Source: an uncultured Bacillales bacterium
GTDB taxonomy: Bacteria; Bacillota_I; Bacilli_A; RFN20; CAG-826
Direction of reading: 5' to 3'
DNA: 64,000 nucleotides
Assembly: GCA_946409515.1 (NCBI GenBank)
Contig: CAMJWS010000003.1
Coordinates: forward strand, 60,012 to 124,011
The notes under the pieces were generated by a model, which had not been told where the DNA came from, made no database searches, and saw nothing but the letters and a program-made list of their open reading frames with translations. Shown piece by piece: positions 35,201 to 44,801 of the stretch. Positions within the stretch are counted from its first letter, which is position 1; each line of letters begins with the position of its first letter. A program made the translations under genes and the position numbers.

Positions 35201-35276
35201 TGGTGGATCCGACGAGGATCGAACTCGCTACCTCATCGTTGCGAACGATGCGCTCTCCCAGGTGAGCTACGGACCC
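35201..35276 (-). tRNA. tRNA-Ala; the anticodon loop reads TTCGCAA, giving anticodon CGC.
   Basis: A 76-nt cloverleaf: acceptor stem GGGTCCG/CGGATCC with the G3:U70 alanine identity pair, D-arm GCTC..GAGC, anticodon stem CATCG/CGATG, T-arm GCGAG-TTCGATC-CTCGT, discriminator A and an encoded CCA. Confidence 0.8.
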
Positions 35277-35317
35277 ATAGCGTTTCTTATAATAAATATA
35301 AATCGCTAAAAAATCAA

Positions 35318-36424
35318 TCAAACATTGTATGCAGAGATATCAATTTTCATTTCTTCTTTGGTATTTCCAGCATGGTGTCCTTTAAAAGCCACAAAATCCT
35401 TCGTCTCTTTTGAAGCATATAAACAATAATTATCAATACTTGTAGCAACATAATCACCAATAAAGGCCACTGCTTTAGGATTGATCTCACCCTCACCAAA
35501 GATTTTAGATTCTAAAACTTCTTTTTTATTCATCAATAAGAAATGTTCACCATAGTATTTATTAAACAATTCTTCAAACGTCTTATTAGTGCCTTTTTTG
35601 ATAAAGAAAGTTGGTGTTCTCTTTTCAAAAGACATTGGTTTATCTAATAAGGAATATAAGTCTTCATGTTCGCATAGGTCTAAGAATTTAACATTAATAT
35701 GACCATGGTCAGCGAAAGATAAGAATAATGTGTCTGGATTTGCCTTAGCTAAGCGTCTAATAATTCTATTAATTCTTTTCACAATACAGTGCACTTTAAA
35801 TGAATCAATGCCGGTTGCGTGCATTTCATAATCTGGCGAATCAAAATAGAAATAGCCTAAGCATTTATCGACACCTTTAATTGATTGATTAATAGTTCTT
35901 TCAAAGTCTCTAAAACTCTTTGGACCATTAGGGTCAACTGGGTATCTTTTGACATCAAACACGGTGACATCTTTATTGTTTTCCTTAATTAATTCCAAAA
36001 TGGTTTTAGTTGGCAATAATGTTTCAGCGATGTTTGCTGGTTCTAATTTTTCATCAGTGTTATAGTCAATATTTCTAAATAAAATGATATTTCTTTTATA
36101 TTCTTCAAAATATTGTGCCCAAGACATCCAGCCAGTTTCAATTGGATATTTGCCAGTTAAGAAACCTAATGTCGCTGCGGTTGTAGTTGGAGGGAACGTG
36201 GAGTTAATTGTGCATAGATAATGGCTTCTAATATAATCCTTATCTTTTAAATGTAATCTAACGACATTTTGACCCATGCCATCAAAGAGCATGACCACGA
36301 CTTTCTTATGTCCTTTTAAGATTGCGTCTACTTCCGGTTCAGTTTGGTGAAAAGTTTTTACACCGAAATGTTTTAAAAGGCTATTGGAAAATGTGACAAG
36401 GTTATGATCGTTATAATTAATCAT
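35318..36424 (-). CDS. Cytoplasmic alkaline-phosphatase-superfamily metalloenzyme (type I phosphodiesterase/nucleotide pyrophosphatase-like; PglZ-like not excluded).
   Basis: A metal-site motif LFDGMG, a nucleophile-region motif STFPPTTTAATLGFLTGKYPIETG (compare NPP TFPNHYSIVTGLYPESHG) and a distal FADHGH metal ligand are present. There is no signal peptide. It overlaps rmuC by 8 nt. Confidence 0.6.
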   Translation of the reverse strand: MINYNDHNLVTFSNSLLKHFGVKTFHQTEPEVDAILKGHKKVVVMLFDGMGQNVVRLHLKDKDYIRSHYLCTINSTFPPTTTAATLGFLTGKYPIETGWMSWAQYFEEYKRNIILFRNIDYNTDEKLEPANIAETLLPTKTILELIKENNKDVTVFDVKRYPVDPNGPKSFRDFERTINQSIKGVDKCLGYFYFDSPDYEMHATGIDSFKVHCIVKRINRIIRRLAKANPDTLFLSFADHGHINVKFLDLCEHEDLYSLLDKPMSFEKRTPTFFIKKGTNKTFEELFNKYYGEHFLLMNKKEVLESKIFGEGEINPKAVAFIGDYVATSIDNYCLYASKETKDFVAFKGHHAGNTKEEMKIDISAYNV

Positions 36425-37670
36425 TGTGGTCTCCTTCTATCTGCTTAATATCTTCCTCTAGATCATTACTAGTGCTGATAGCTTGGAACTTATTAGTAAT
36501 CTTACCAACACGATGATCTAAGGATTCTCTTGTTTTGGTTGTTCTATCTAAAGCGTTGGAGAAACTTTCCCATTCACGACCAAACATCTCAAAGTCTTTA
36601 GCGAGACGTTGTAAGTGACGGTTGATTTCTTCCGCGTTTTTACTTCTTTCCACTTCAATTCTCACCATATTAATGGTGACTAAGATAGCAGGCAATGTTG
36701 ATGGGGAAGTTAAGATAACTTTCTTACTTCTCGCGTATTCAATAACATCATCTAAATTTTGATGAATGAAAGCGAAGACACCATCATTAGGAATAAACAT
36801 TAATGCTTCAGGAGCGGTTTTTCCTTCAACGATATATTTATCTTTGATAACAGTGATATGTTTTTTAACAGCGTTACCAAATTCTTTAGTTAATCTTTCT
36901 TTTTCTTCTTGGATATCGGTTTCAAAGATACGTTGATAATCTTGGAATGGGAATTTAGAGTCAATACAAATCATCTTGTTAGGTTCTGGCATAAAGACCA
37001 CTGCATCCGCGCGTACATCATCACCATCTTTGACCTTTTTCATAGTGTATTGTTCTTGATAACAACCAGTTGTATCTCCAAAAACATTATGTAAGACCAT
37101 GGATAATTGATATTCACCATATTGGCCCCTAGTTTGATTACCTTCTAAGACGCCTCTTAAAGAAACAACATCTTTAGATAATTCCTCAATGTTCTTTTGT
37201 GCGGCATCAATAGCTTGTAGTCTTTCTCTGACTTGGGCCATTGTTTCACCAGTGGTTTTAAAGCCTTCTGCAAGTTTTTCATCCACTTTCTTATTTATTT
37301 CAATTAATTTATCGTCAATTTGTTTATTAAGAGCGTCGAATCTTTTATTAAGTGATTCAGTAATACCGTTTTGGAAACGTTCTAACTTCTCATTATTTAA
37401 TTCATTACTCTTTGTGGTTTGCTCTAAAACTTTATTAATTTCTTCACTAACAGATAGTTTGATATTAGTTTTTAACTGTTCTGTTAAAGAATTTAATTGT
37501 TGTTGAAGCATACCGATTTCCTTTAAATCGATTTGTGGTGCTTCACCCTTCTTATTAGAGTTTTTGATGATTAAAATAATCGCAATGACAATCGCAATTA
37601 AAGCAAGACTAGAAATGATAATAGCGGCAATTTCCATAATTTTTAATCCCCCACTTTTATTAAACCACAT
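36417..37670 (-). CDS. rmuC: DNA recombination protein RmuC (N-terminal TM, coiled coil, C-terminal RmuC nuclease-like domain).
   Basis: An N-terminal hydrophobic helix is followed by a ~200-aa coiled coil. The RmuC-domain motifs ADAVVFMPEPNKMICIDSKFPFQDY and MFIPNDGVF are present. Confidence 0.85.
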   Translation of the reverse strand: MWFNKSGGLKIMEIAAIIISSLALIAIVIAIILIIKNSNKKGEAPQIDLKEIGMLQQQLNSLTEQLKTNIKLSVSEEINKVLEQTTKSNELNNEKLERFQNGITESLNKRFDALNKQIDDKLIEINKKVDEKLAEGFKTTGETMAQVRERLQAIDAAQKNIEELSKDVVSLRGVLEGNQTRGQYGEYQLSMVLHNVFGDTTGCYQEQYTMKKVKDGDDVRADAVVFMPEPNKMICIDSKFPFQDYQRIFETDIQEEKERLTKEFGNAVKKHITVIKDKYIVEGKTAPEALMFIPNDGVFAFIHQNLDDVIEYARSKKVILTSPSTLPAILVTINMVRIEVERSKNAEEINRHLQRLAKDFEMFGREWESFSNALDRTTKTRESLDHRVGKITNKFQAISTSNDLEEDIKQIEGDHND

Positions 37671-37752
37671 TTAACTAAGTGAGAGATTACTATAACAAAA
37701 ATAATTTTGTTGTCAAACGAAAACGATTTGTTTTTTCTTTGAAAGTCAAGAC

Positions 37753-37781
37753 TAATCAGAGAACAATTTCTTGTGTATAAT
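37753..37781 (+). promoter_or_regulatory. Candidate dinB promoter with a perfect -10 TATAAT (37776..37781) preceded by TGTG. It implies a leaderless or very short-leader mRNA.
   Basis: TTGTGTATAAT was read directly from the sequence. The track's GTG start at 37773 lies inside this element, and no SD precedes ATG 37794. Confidence 0.35.
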
Positions 37782-37793
37782 ACATTCACCCAT

Positions 37794-39038
37794 ATGAAAA
37801 GAAGAGTAATCGCGGTCATAGACTTAAAAGCTTTTTATTCATACGTAGAGTGTCTAGATAGAGGTCTTGATCCGTGGAAAGATCCACTCGTGGTCGCAGA
37901 TAAAGACAGAGGCACAAATACAATTGTTTTAAGTGTGTCTCCATTTCTTAAAAAGCAAGGTATTCCATCAAGATGCAGAATTAAAGAATTACCGAAGAAA
38001 TATAACTATATCTACGCTGTTCCAAGAATGGAAAGATACTTAGAGAAAAGCGCAGAAGTCATTGATGTCTTATATCACTTTGTCGCAGAAGAAGACGTTC
38101 ATGTTTATTCTATTGATGAAGCGTTCGTAGATTTAACAACTTATCTAAAGTATTACAACAAGACACCTCTTCAAATGGTCGCCACAATTATTAATCAAAT
38201 TAAGGAAGAAACTGGTTTACAAGCCACAGCAGGCATTGGTGACAACTTCTTTTTAGCGAAAATTGCCCTAGATGTGTACGCAAAAAAGGAAAGGAATGGT
38301 ATTGCCCGCATGTCTATCGATGATGTTAAAGAAAAATTATGGCCTATCACTCCACTTAGCAAGGTTTGGAGTATTGGAAGTAGAACTGAAGCAAAGCTAA
38401 ACAAAATGGGCTTATTCACCGTAAGAGATATCGCTTTATCTAATGTGGATTATCTTAGGAGTAAGTTTGGTATTATAGGTGAACAACTCTGGCGACACGC
38501 GAACGGCATAGATGAAGCGGATATCCATGAAAAATATGAACCAAAAGAACATAGTTTATCCTTAAGTCAGGTATTGTTTAGGGATTATAACAAAGATGAG
38601 GCCATCACTATCATTAGAGAAATGGTTGATACATTATCCACTAGGATGAGAAACGCCAATAAAATGACAGGTGTGGTCGCAATTTACGTTGGTTATTCAA
38701 AGAATTCAGGTGGTTTTGCGCGTCGTTCCACGCTATTAGCGCCTACTGATGATAGCCAAGTTTTATTAAAGGCTATTTTAGAAATCTATCATATCTATAT
38801 TAAAGATTTACCTATACGCACAATAGGCTTGAGTTTTGGCGAACTAAGTGACGCCACTCATCAACAGCTTAGTATGTTTGAAGATGATAAGGAGCAATTA
38901 AAAAGACGTAGATTACAAAAGACTATGGATGCTTTGCAGAGTAAATTTGGTAAGAACTCTGTTTTAAGAGCTTCTTCTCTATTAGAAGAAAGCACAATTA
39001 GAGAAAGAAATGAATTTATAGGAGGACATCGTAAATGA
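37794..39038 (+). CDS. dinB: Y-family DNA polymerase IV (DinB/UmuC-like translesion polymerase).
   Basis: The N-terminal IAVIDLKAFYSYVE and the catalytic SIDEAFVDLT motif are present, along with palm/fingers/thumb and a little-finger region. Length ~415 aa. Confidence 0.8.
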   Translation: MKRRVIAVIDLKAFYSYVECLDRGLDPWKDPLVVADKDRGTNTIVLSVSPFLKKQGIPSRCRIKELPKKYNYIYAVPRMERYLEKSAEVIDVLYHFVAEEDVHVYSIDEAFVDLTTYLKYYNKTPLQMVATIINQIKEETGLQATAGIGDNFFLAKIALDVYAKKERNGIARMSIDDVKEKLWPITPLSKVWSIGSRTEAKLNKMGLFTVRDIALSNVDYLRSKFGIIGEQLWRHANGIDEADIHEKYEPKEHSLSLSQVLFRDYNKDEAITIIREMVDTLSTRMRNANKMTGVVAIYVGYSKNSGGFARRSTLLAPTDDSQVLLKAILEIYHIYIKDLPIRTIGLSFGELSDATHQQLSMFEDDKEQLKRRRLQKTMDALQSKFGKNSVLRASSLLEESTIRERNEFIGGHRK

Positions 39039-39346
39039 GTGAACGCGGAATGAAAAAATGGGCTCCTTATAAATCACTTAACGAGCAAGAAGACTATTTA
39101 AAGAAATTACATAAAAAACAAGAGATAATAGAACGTCCACGTATCTCTTCTGATGAAGCGGATAACATCAATGAAATCTTAGTGAATTATCACGGAGAAG
39201 AGCTATTAATTGAGTACTGGAGAAACGAGAAAATCAATGCCGTCTCTTCTATTTTGTCAAAAATCGACCCAATTAATAAAAAGATTGTCCTCCCGTTAAG
39301 AAAGACAATCTATTTCAGTGAATTGATTAGAATTGAGCGGATTTAA
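39035..39346 (+). CDS. YolD-like small protein (a frequent partner of UmuC-type polymerases in Firmicutes). Its ATG overlaps the dinB stop (ATGA).
   Basis: A ~100-aa protein translationally coupled to the Y-family polymerase gene. Its size, charge pattern and position are typical of YolD/YqzH-like proteins. The assignment is by context. Confidence 0.45.
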   Translation: MSERGMKKWAPYKSLNEQEDYLKKLHKKQEIIERPRISSDEADNINEILVNYHGEELLIEYWRNEKINAVSSILSKIDPINKKIVLPLRKTIYFSELIRIERI

Positions 39347-40569
39347 ATAGCCCAAGTACCATCTTTAAAGATTTGAACTTGCTTACCATTTGCATCAACA
39401 CCAATGATAGATAAATCTCTGGTGCCCACCATGAAGTCGACGTGGATCATGGAGTTATTGATACCAATTTCGGCTCTTTGTTCCATATTCATATCTAAAG
39501 CACCTGGATACAATTCTGGGAAACCAGCGCCTAAGGCAACGTGACAGCACGCATTTTCATCAAACAATGTTTCGTAGAATAATAAACCGGTTTGATTAAT
39601 TGGAGATTCAAAAGGTACTAAGGCAACTTCGCCTAACATTGAAGCACCTTCATCCATTTTGACCATCTTTTCTAATAAGGCTTGGTTCTTTCTGGCTTTG
39701 ACTGCGCAGACTTTACCATCTTTAAATGAGATAGAGAAGTCTTCGATTAATTCGCCGTTATAAGATAATGGCTTTGAGGCAACTAATGTGCCTTCTGCTT
39801 TGCCTTTCATTGGAGTTGTAAACACTTCTTCTGAAGGAATGTTTGGATTGAATTGACCTTTGTTAGGTGCAAATTCAACACCACCACCCCACTTCATACC
39901 TTTAACAAGTTCGACTTGGAAGTCAGTGCCATTGCTAGCTTTATAAATGAGTTTTCTTAGGTCTAAAGCTTCTAATTTCTTTCTTTGATTAACTAAGAAA
40001 TCGTTATGATCATCCCAGTTCTTAACTGGATCATTACCATCCACTCTAGATGTTTTTAAAATCGCACCCCATAAGGCTTCGATTGCGTCTTCTTCATTTA
40101 ATTTAGGGAAGACTTTCTTAGCCCAGGCTTTACCAGGGACTGCGGCGATGGTCCATTTATATTTACCATCCATCGCATCTCTATACTTTTTAATCTTTGG
40201 ATAACGTTTCGCCATTGATTTGGTGACTTTATTTTGGTTAACACCTTTCATAGCGTCTGGATCATCAGAAATAATGTGAATTACCACAGGTAATTTCTTT
40301 ACCCAGTATTTGAATTTAGCCACCATCATTGGGGAAACTGTCGCTAAGCTACTAACTGTTTCATTTTTATACGCTAATTTGCTAACTGGGTCATGATGCC
40401 AATAAACAGTAACCTTTTTAGCGCCTGCTTTATAGCATTCTTCAACAACCATAGTGACAAAATCAGGTTGTTCTAAACCAGCATTAATCCAAACCTCTTC
40501 GCCTTTTAAGACGTGACCGCCTTGGAAAGCAACCAATCTTGCATAATCTCGTAATAATTTCTCTTCCAT
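39343..40569 (-). CDS. M29-family aminopeptidase (AmpS/PepS/aminopeptidase T-like).
   Basis: The N-terminal LLRDYARLVAFQGGHVLKGEEVWINAGLEQPDFVTMVVEECYKAGAKKVTVYWHHD is characteristic of thermophilic-type M29 aminopeptidases. Length ~408 aa. Confidence 0.8.
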   Translation of the reverse strand: MEEKLLRDYARLVAFQGGHVLKGEEVWINAGLEQPDFVTMVVEECYKAGAKKVTVYWHHDPVSKLAYKNETVSSLATVSPMMVAKFKYWVKKLPVVIHIISDDPDAMKGVNQNKVTKSMAKRYPKIKKYRDAMDGKYKWTIAAVPGKAWAKKVFPKLNEEDAIEALWGAILKTSRVDGNDPVKNWDDHNDFLVNQRKKLEALDLRKLIYKASNGTDFQVELVKGMKWGGGVEFAPNKGQFNPNIPSEEVFTTPMKGKAEGTLVASKPLSYNGELIEDFSISFKDGKVCAVKARKNQALLEKMVKMDEGASMLGEVALVPFESPINQTGLLFYETLFDENACCHVALGAGFPELYPGALDMNMEQRAEIGINNSMIHVDFMVGTRDLSIIGVDANGKQVQIFKDGTWAI

Positions 40570-40605
40570 AATTTATTAAAATTTCCTTCTGGAAATAATA
40601 TAATA

Positions 40606-41334
40606 GTGTTCGAGAGGAAATACTATATGAAAAGTTTATTTAACAAATATGTTTGGCTCCAATTAATATTATCAATTTTGCTACTTTTTGGTGGTGCTGT
40701 TATCATCGCCTTTGCAATTAATAACAATACTGAAGTATTAGAGAACGCATTAAATATCGTTATCGCGGTTATCTTATTCTTATTTGGCTTATTCGCTATC
40801 TTAACCGCATTTATTTTTGAAACAAAGAAGTATATAACACTCAGTTTGTTATATGGTTCAGCCTCTATTGCACTCGGTGTATTCCTTTGCACAAAAGAAT
40901 TAGTGTTACTCAATTACATTATTTATTTAATCGCTATCTTCTTTATTGTTATTGGTGCCGTTGAACTATTAAAAGCAATAATTCTTACAGTTAAAGATAG
41001 AAAACAATTAGCGCTTATTATTATTTCCTATATTATTGCGGTCTTATGCATTGTCGCTGGCATCTTAGCAATCGTTTACCGCAAAGAAGTAAAAGACGTT
41101 CTCAATATCGTTACATGCATTATTGCAGGTGTGCTCCTACTACTTGCTGGTGGTTGGGAATTATATCTCGGAATTAAAGCATTAGTTATGAGGAATAAAA
41201 ATGGCGCTCCTAAGGTAAAAGAAAACAAGAGAAATAAAAAAGAAGAGCCAGTTAACGAAGCTCAACCAGAAGAACCTAAACAAGAAGAAATAAAAGAGCT
41301 TGATTATACAAGCAATCAAATTGAGCAAAAATAA
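40606..41334 (+). CDS. Integral membrane protein (about six TM segments, HdeD/DUF308-like repeats) with a charged Lys/Glu-rich C-terminal tail; function unknown.
   Basis: The call rests on the hydrophobicity pattern and paired-helix repeats. There is no catalytic motif. Confidence 0.4.
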   Translation: MFERKYYMKSLFNKYVWLQLILSILLLFGGAVIIAFAINNNTEVLENALNIVIAVILFLFGLFAILTAFIFETKKYITLSLLYGSASIALGVFLCTKELVLLNYIIYLIAIFFIVIGAVELLKAIILTVKDRKQLALIIISYIIAVLCIVAGILAIVYRKEVKDVLNIVTCIIAGVLLLLAGGWELYLGIKALVMRNKNGAPKVKENKRNKKEEPVNEAQPEEPKQEEIKELDYTSNQIEQK

Positions 41335-41379
41335 AAGCGGAAATTAATCCGCTTTTTTTCTTACCCTTAAGTCTGACTA

Positions 41380-41619
41380 TTAAGCAGCCTTAGTGGTAAT
41401 TTCAATAAGGATCGCGATAAAGAAGAACAAGATTGCGCAGATAAGTGTTAAAACAGAAACAACTTTTTCTGCACCTCTTTCTTTGGTCTTAACAAAGACG
41501 TTTAAGCCACCACCAGTAATAGCACCAGAGGCACCTTCAGATTTACCGCCTTGTAATAAGCAGAGAACAATGATGATGATAGCAACTACTAGCATAATCC
41601 AGTCATACCAATTTAACAT
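41380..41619 (-). CDS. secG: Preprotein translocase subunit SecG.
   Basis: A 79-aa protein with two TM segments separated by the Gly-rich loop QGGKSEGASGAITGGG; it is of the size and topology of Gram-positive SecG. Confidence 0.65.
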   Translation of the reverse strand: MLNWYDWIMLVVAIIIIVLCLLQGGKSEGASGAITGGGLNVFVKTKERGAEKVVSVLTLICAILFFFIAILIEITTKAA

Positions 41620-41691
41620 AAGAATTTTCTTCCTTTCTTAATCGCTGATAACAATGATATTAGAATCGTTTAAATAAAGCAAACTTTATTT

Positions 41692-43671
41692 TTATAAACT
41701 GCTTTTAATTTCGAGAATTATATCTCGAAGCTCAGCCGCCCTTTCAAAGTCAAATTCTTTAGCAGCTTGACGCATTTGTTTTTCGAGTTCTTTGACTTTC
41801 GCTTCGATTTCCGCGCGGCTTCCATGTTTAGTGATATCAATCATTTCACTGATTTCATCATCGCTATTATGGATTGGTGGGCGAATCTCTTTAATAATCG
41901 TACGTGGGATAATTCCGTATTCGTTATTATAGGCTTCTTGGATACTTCTTCTGCGGTTGGTTTCTTCAATACAGTTATGCATTGAATCAGTCATTCTATC
42001 AGCGTACATAACGACTAATCCGTTCGCGTTTCTTGCCGCTCTACCGACGATTTGGATTAATGAACGAGTACTTCTTAAGAAGCCTTCTTTATCCGCGTCA
42101 AAGATAGAAATTAATGATACTTCTGGAATATCTAAACCTTCTCTTAATAGGTTAATTCCAACAAGGACATCATACTTACCTTTTCTTAATTGATAAATGA
42201 TTTCGCTTCTTTCCAAAGTCTTGGTTTCGTGATGTAAATAAACAACCTTGATGCCTTTTTCTTTAAGGTAGTTTGTGAGGTCTTCCGCCATACGAATAGT
42301 AAGGGTGACAACCATAGTTCTTTCATTTCTATCCACTCTAGTTTTAATTTCGTGAACTAAATCATCAATTTGTCCTAAAGTTGGACGAACTTCAATAATT
42401 GGATCTAATAAACCGGTTGGTCTAATGATTTGTTCCGCAGATATTCCACCCGCTCTTTCGAGTTCATAATCACCTGGTGTTGCACTTGTGCAAACAACAT
42501 ATGGCATGATCTTTTCAAATTCATCGAAATTAAGTGGTCGATTATCTAAAGCAGAAGGTAATCTAAAACCATATTCCACCAATGTTTCTTTTCTAGAACG
42601 GTCACCGTTATACATACCTCTAAGTTGTGGGAACGTGACGTGAGATTCATCAACAATCATTAAGAAATCTTCTGGGAAATAATCTAATAAACACCAAGGT
42701 CTTTCACCTGGTTTTCTTTTATCAATATGACGAGAATAGTTTTCAATGCCAGGACACATACCAAATTCTTGCATGCTTTCCATATCTTGATTTGTTCTCA
42801 TCTCTAAACGTTCAGCTTCTAAAAGTTTGCCGTTTTCTTTGAAGAATTTGAGTCTTTCTTCCAGTTCCGCTTTGATTGTGACGCAAGCTTCTTTAATTCT
42901 TTCTCTCGTGGAAGCATGGTCATAAGCAGGGAAGATAGGGAAAGTATGATATGTATGCTTTACTTCGCCAGTAATTGGATTTAATTGAATAATCTTTTCA
43001 ACTTCATCGCCAAAAGTATCGATTCTAATGACATCTCCGTCAAAGAAAGAAGCAGGTACAATTTCAATCACATCCCCTCTAACTCTAAATGTACCAGGGG
43101 CTAAATCGAGATTATTGCGCTTATATTGAGCGTCCACTAATTTCTTGTATAGTTCTTGTCTATTTATTTCTTCTCCAACACGAATATTGAATACTAAATT
43201 ACGATATTCATCAGGATCGGTTAAGCCGTAAATGGAGGCAACAGATGCCACAATAATTGTGTCTTTTCTTTCTAAGATAGAATTAATAGCGGATGTACGA
43301 AGCATTTCAATTTCTTCATTCATCACTGCGTTCTTATCAATATATGTATCACTCTTTGGAATATAGGCTTCTGGTTGATAAAAATCGAAGTTAGATACGA
43401 AGTATTCCACACGATTATGCGGGAACAATTCTTGGAATTCAGAATACAACTGACCCGCTAAAGTTTTATTATGAACTAAAACTAAAGTTGGTTTTTGCAC
43501 TGTTTGAATGATATTAGCCATAGTAAAAGTTTTACCGGTACCAGTCGCGCCCATTAAAACTTGGAATTTTTTACCATTTAAAATGCCGTCGCTTAACTGC
43601 TTAATCGCGGTTGGTTGGTCGCCTGTTGGCTTAAACTTTGAAACTATCTCAAATAAGTGGCTATCGTCCAT
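41692..43671 (-). CDS. uvrB: Excinuclease ABC subunit B (UvrB). The start is at ATG 43671 ([20 protein letters not shown]...); the track's 43743 start overlaps prfB.
   Basis: The N-terminal [11 protein letters not shown], Walker A GATGTGKT, helicase motifs, the beta-hairpin region and the C-terminal UVR domain ([28 protein letters not shown]) are present. Confidence 0.9.
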   Translation of the reverse strand: MDDSHLFEIVSKFKPTGDQPTAIKQLSDGILNGKKFQVLMGATGTGKTFTMANIIQTVQKPTLVLVHNKTLAGQLYSEFQELFPHNRVEYFVSNFDFYQPEAYIPKSDTYIDKNAVMNEEIEMLRTSAINSILERKDTIIVASVASIYGLTDPDEYRNLVFNIRVGEEINRQELYKKLVDAQYKRNNLDLAPGTFRVRGDVIEIVPASFFDGDVIRIDTFGDEVEKIIQLNPITGEVKHTYHTFPIFPAYDHASTRERIKEACVTIKAELEERLKFFKENGKLLEAERLEMRTNQDMESMQEFGMCPGIENYSRHIDKRKPGERPWCLLDYFPEDFLMIVDESHVTFPQLRGMYNGDRSRKETLVEYGFRLPSALDNRPLNFDEFEKIMPYVVCTSATPGDYELERAGGISAEQIIRPTGLLDPIIEVRPTLGQIDDLVHEIKTRVDRNERTMVVTLTIRMAEDLTNYLKEKGIKVVYLHHETKTLERSEIIYQLRKGKYDVLVGINLLREGLDIPEVSLISIFDADKEGFLRSTRSLIQIVGRAARNANGLVVMYADRMTDSMHNCIEETNRRRSIQEAYNNEYGIIPRTIIKEIRPPIHNSDDEISEMIDITKHGSRAEIEAKVKELEKQMRQAAKEFDFERAAELRDIILEIKSSL

Positions 43672-43690
43672 AAAAGTCTGCAAAACTCCA

Positions 43691-44798
43691 TTATTTTGTA
43701 TTTTTCTTAGCTTCCATTTGGAGGTAGGAATAGATAAATCCATCGATGTTTCCGTTCATAACAGAAGCAACATCAACAACTTCAAATGATGTACGGTTAT
43801 CCTTTACTAAGGTATATGGACAGAAGACATATGAACGGATTTGACTACCCCATTCAATATTCTTCTTTTCCCCAACGATTGAGTTGAGTTTATTTTGTCT
43901 AGATTCTAACTCAATTAAATACAATTTACCTTTTAACATTTTCATCGCTGTTTCTTTGTTAAGAAGTTGACTTCTTTCAATTTGGCAAGAAACAACAATA
44001 CCTGTAGGTAAGTGTGTAATTCTCACTGCGGTTTCAACTTTATTAACGTTTTGACCACCCGCACCGCCACTGCGATATGTATCAATCTTTAAATCGGATT
44101 CATTGATGGTAATGTCGATTGCATCGTCCTTAAATTCTGGAACCACGTTAACAGAGGCAAATGATGTATGTCTTCTCTTATTCGCATCAAAAGGAGAGAT
44201 TCTCACTAAGCGATGAACGCCTTTTTCGCCTTTTAATAAGCCATAGGCGTTTTTACCGCTTATTTGGAGAGTAACTGACTTAATTCCAGCTTCATCACCT
44301 GGTTCGAGCGATAAAAGCGACATTTTGAAATGATGTATTTCTGCATAGTAGACATACATTCTATAAAGCATATCCGCCCAGTCTTGGGCTTCAGTGCCAC
44401 CGGCGCCTGGATGGATTTCAATAATGGCGTTTAATCCATCAAATTCGCCAGTAAATAGGATTTGTAATTCAAAATCTTTAGATTGTTTATTCAATTCATC
44501 GAGAGATGTTTCAATTTGTTCAAGAAATGATTCATCTTCGAACTCTAATAATTCTTCAAGGTCTTTTTGACCATGCAAAAGAGCGCGATAGGTATCGGCA
44601 ATTTCGCGAGAATGATTGAGACGGGATATGATTTCTAAAGCAGAATTCCTGTCATTCCAGAAATCCTCTGCTTCACTTTTTGCGGTTAACGAAGCGATCT
44701 CGGCATCTAATTTAGCGAGGTCAAAGAGAAGACCCGAGTTGACGGATTCTCTCGCCAACAGCACTAAGTTCCTGTTTTAAGGTCACTAAGTCTTTCAT
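43691..44798 (-). CDS. prfB: Peptide chain release factor 2, expressed through a programmed +1 frameshift. ORF0 (44798..44724) gives [25 protein letters not shown], and translation continues in the +1 frame from the CTT-TGA-C site.
   Basis: A 25-codon leader ends at an in-frame UGA within CTT TGA C. The +1 frame continues as [11 protein letters not shown]... through the complete RF2 (GGQ motif [14 protein letters not shown] tripeptide motif). It lies directly downstream of secA, as in Firmicutes. Confidence 0.9.
44715..44740 (-). promoter_or_regulatory. RF2 autoregulatory +1 frameshift site (CTT TGA C) with an upstream SD-like GGG.
   Basis: On the minus strand: ...CAA CTC GGG TCT TCT CTT TGA CCT CGC... 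The UGA is at 44721..44723. Confidence 0.85.
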
Positions 44799-44801
44799 AA
44801 A

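Noticed and set aside
37740-37793. A LexA/Cheo box upstream of dinB.
   Set aside because: Only a short ACAAtttcTTGT dyad is present, with no GAAC-N4-GTTC match. No lexA gene is in the window.
35201-39346. An integrated mobile element between tRNA-Ala and dinB/yolD.
   Set aside because: There is no integrase, recombinase, transposase or phage gene, and no direct repeat of the tRNA 3' end was noticed. The flanking genes (rmuC, alkaline-phosphatase-like, dinB) are plausibly chromosomal.
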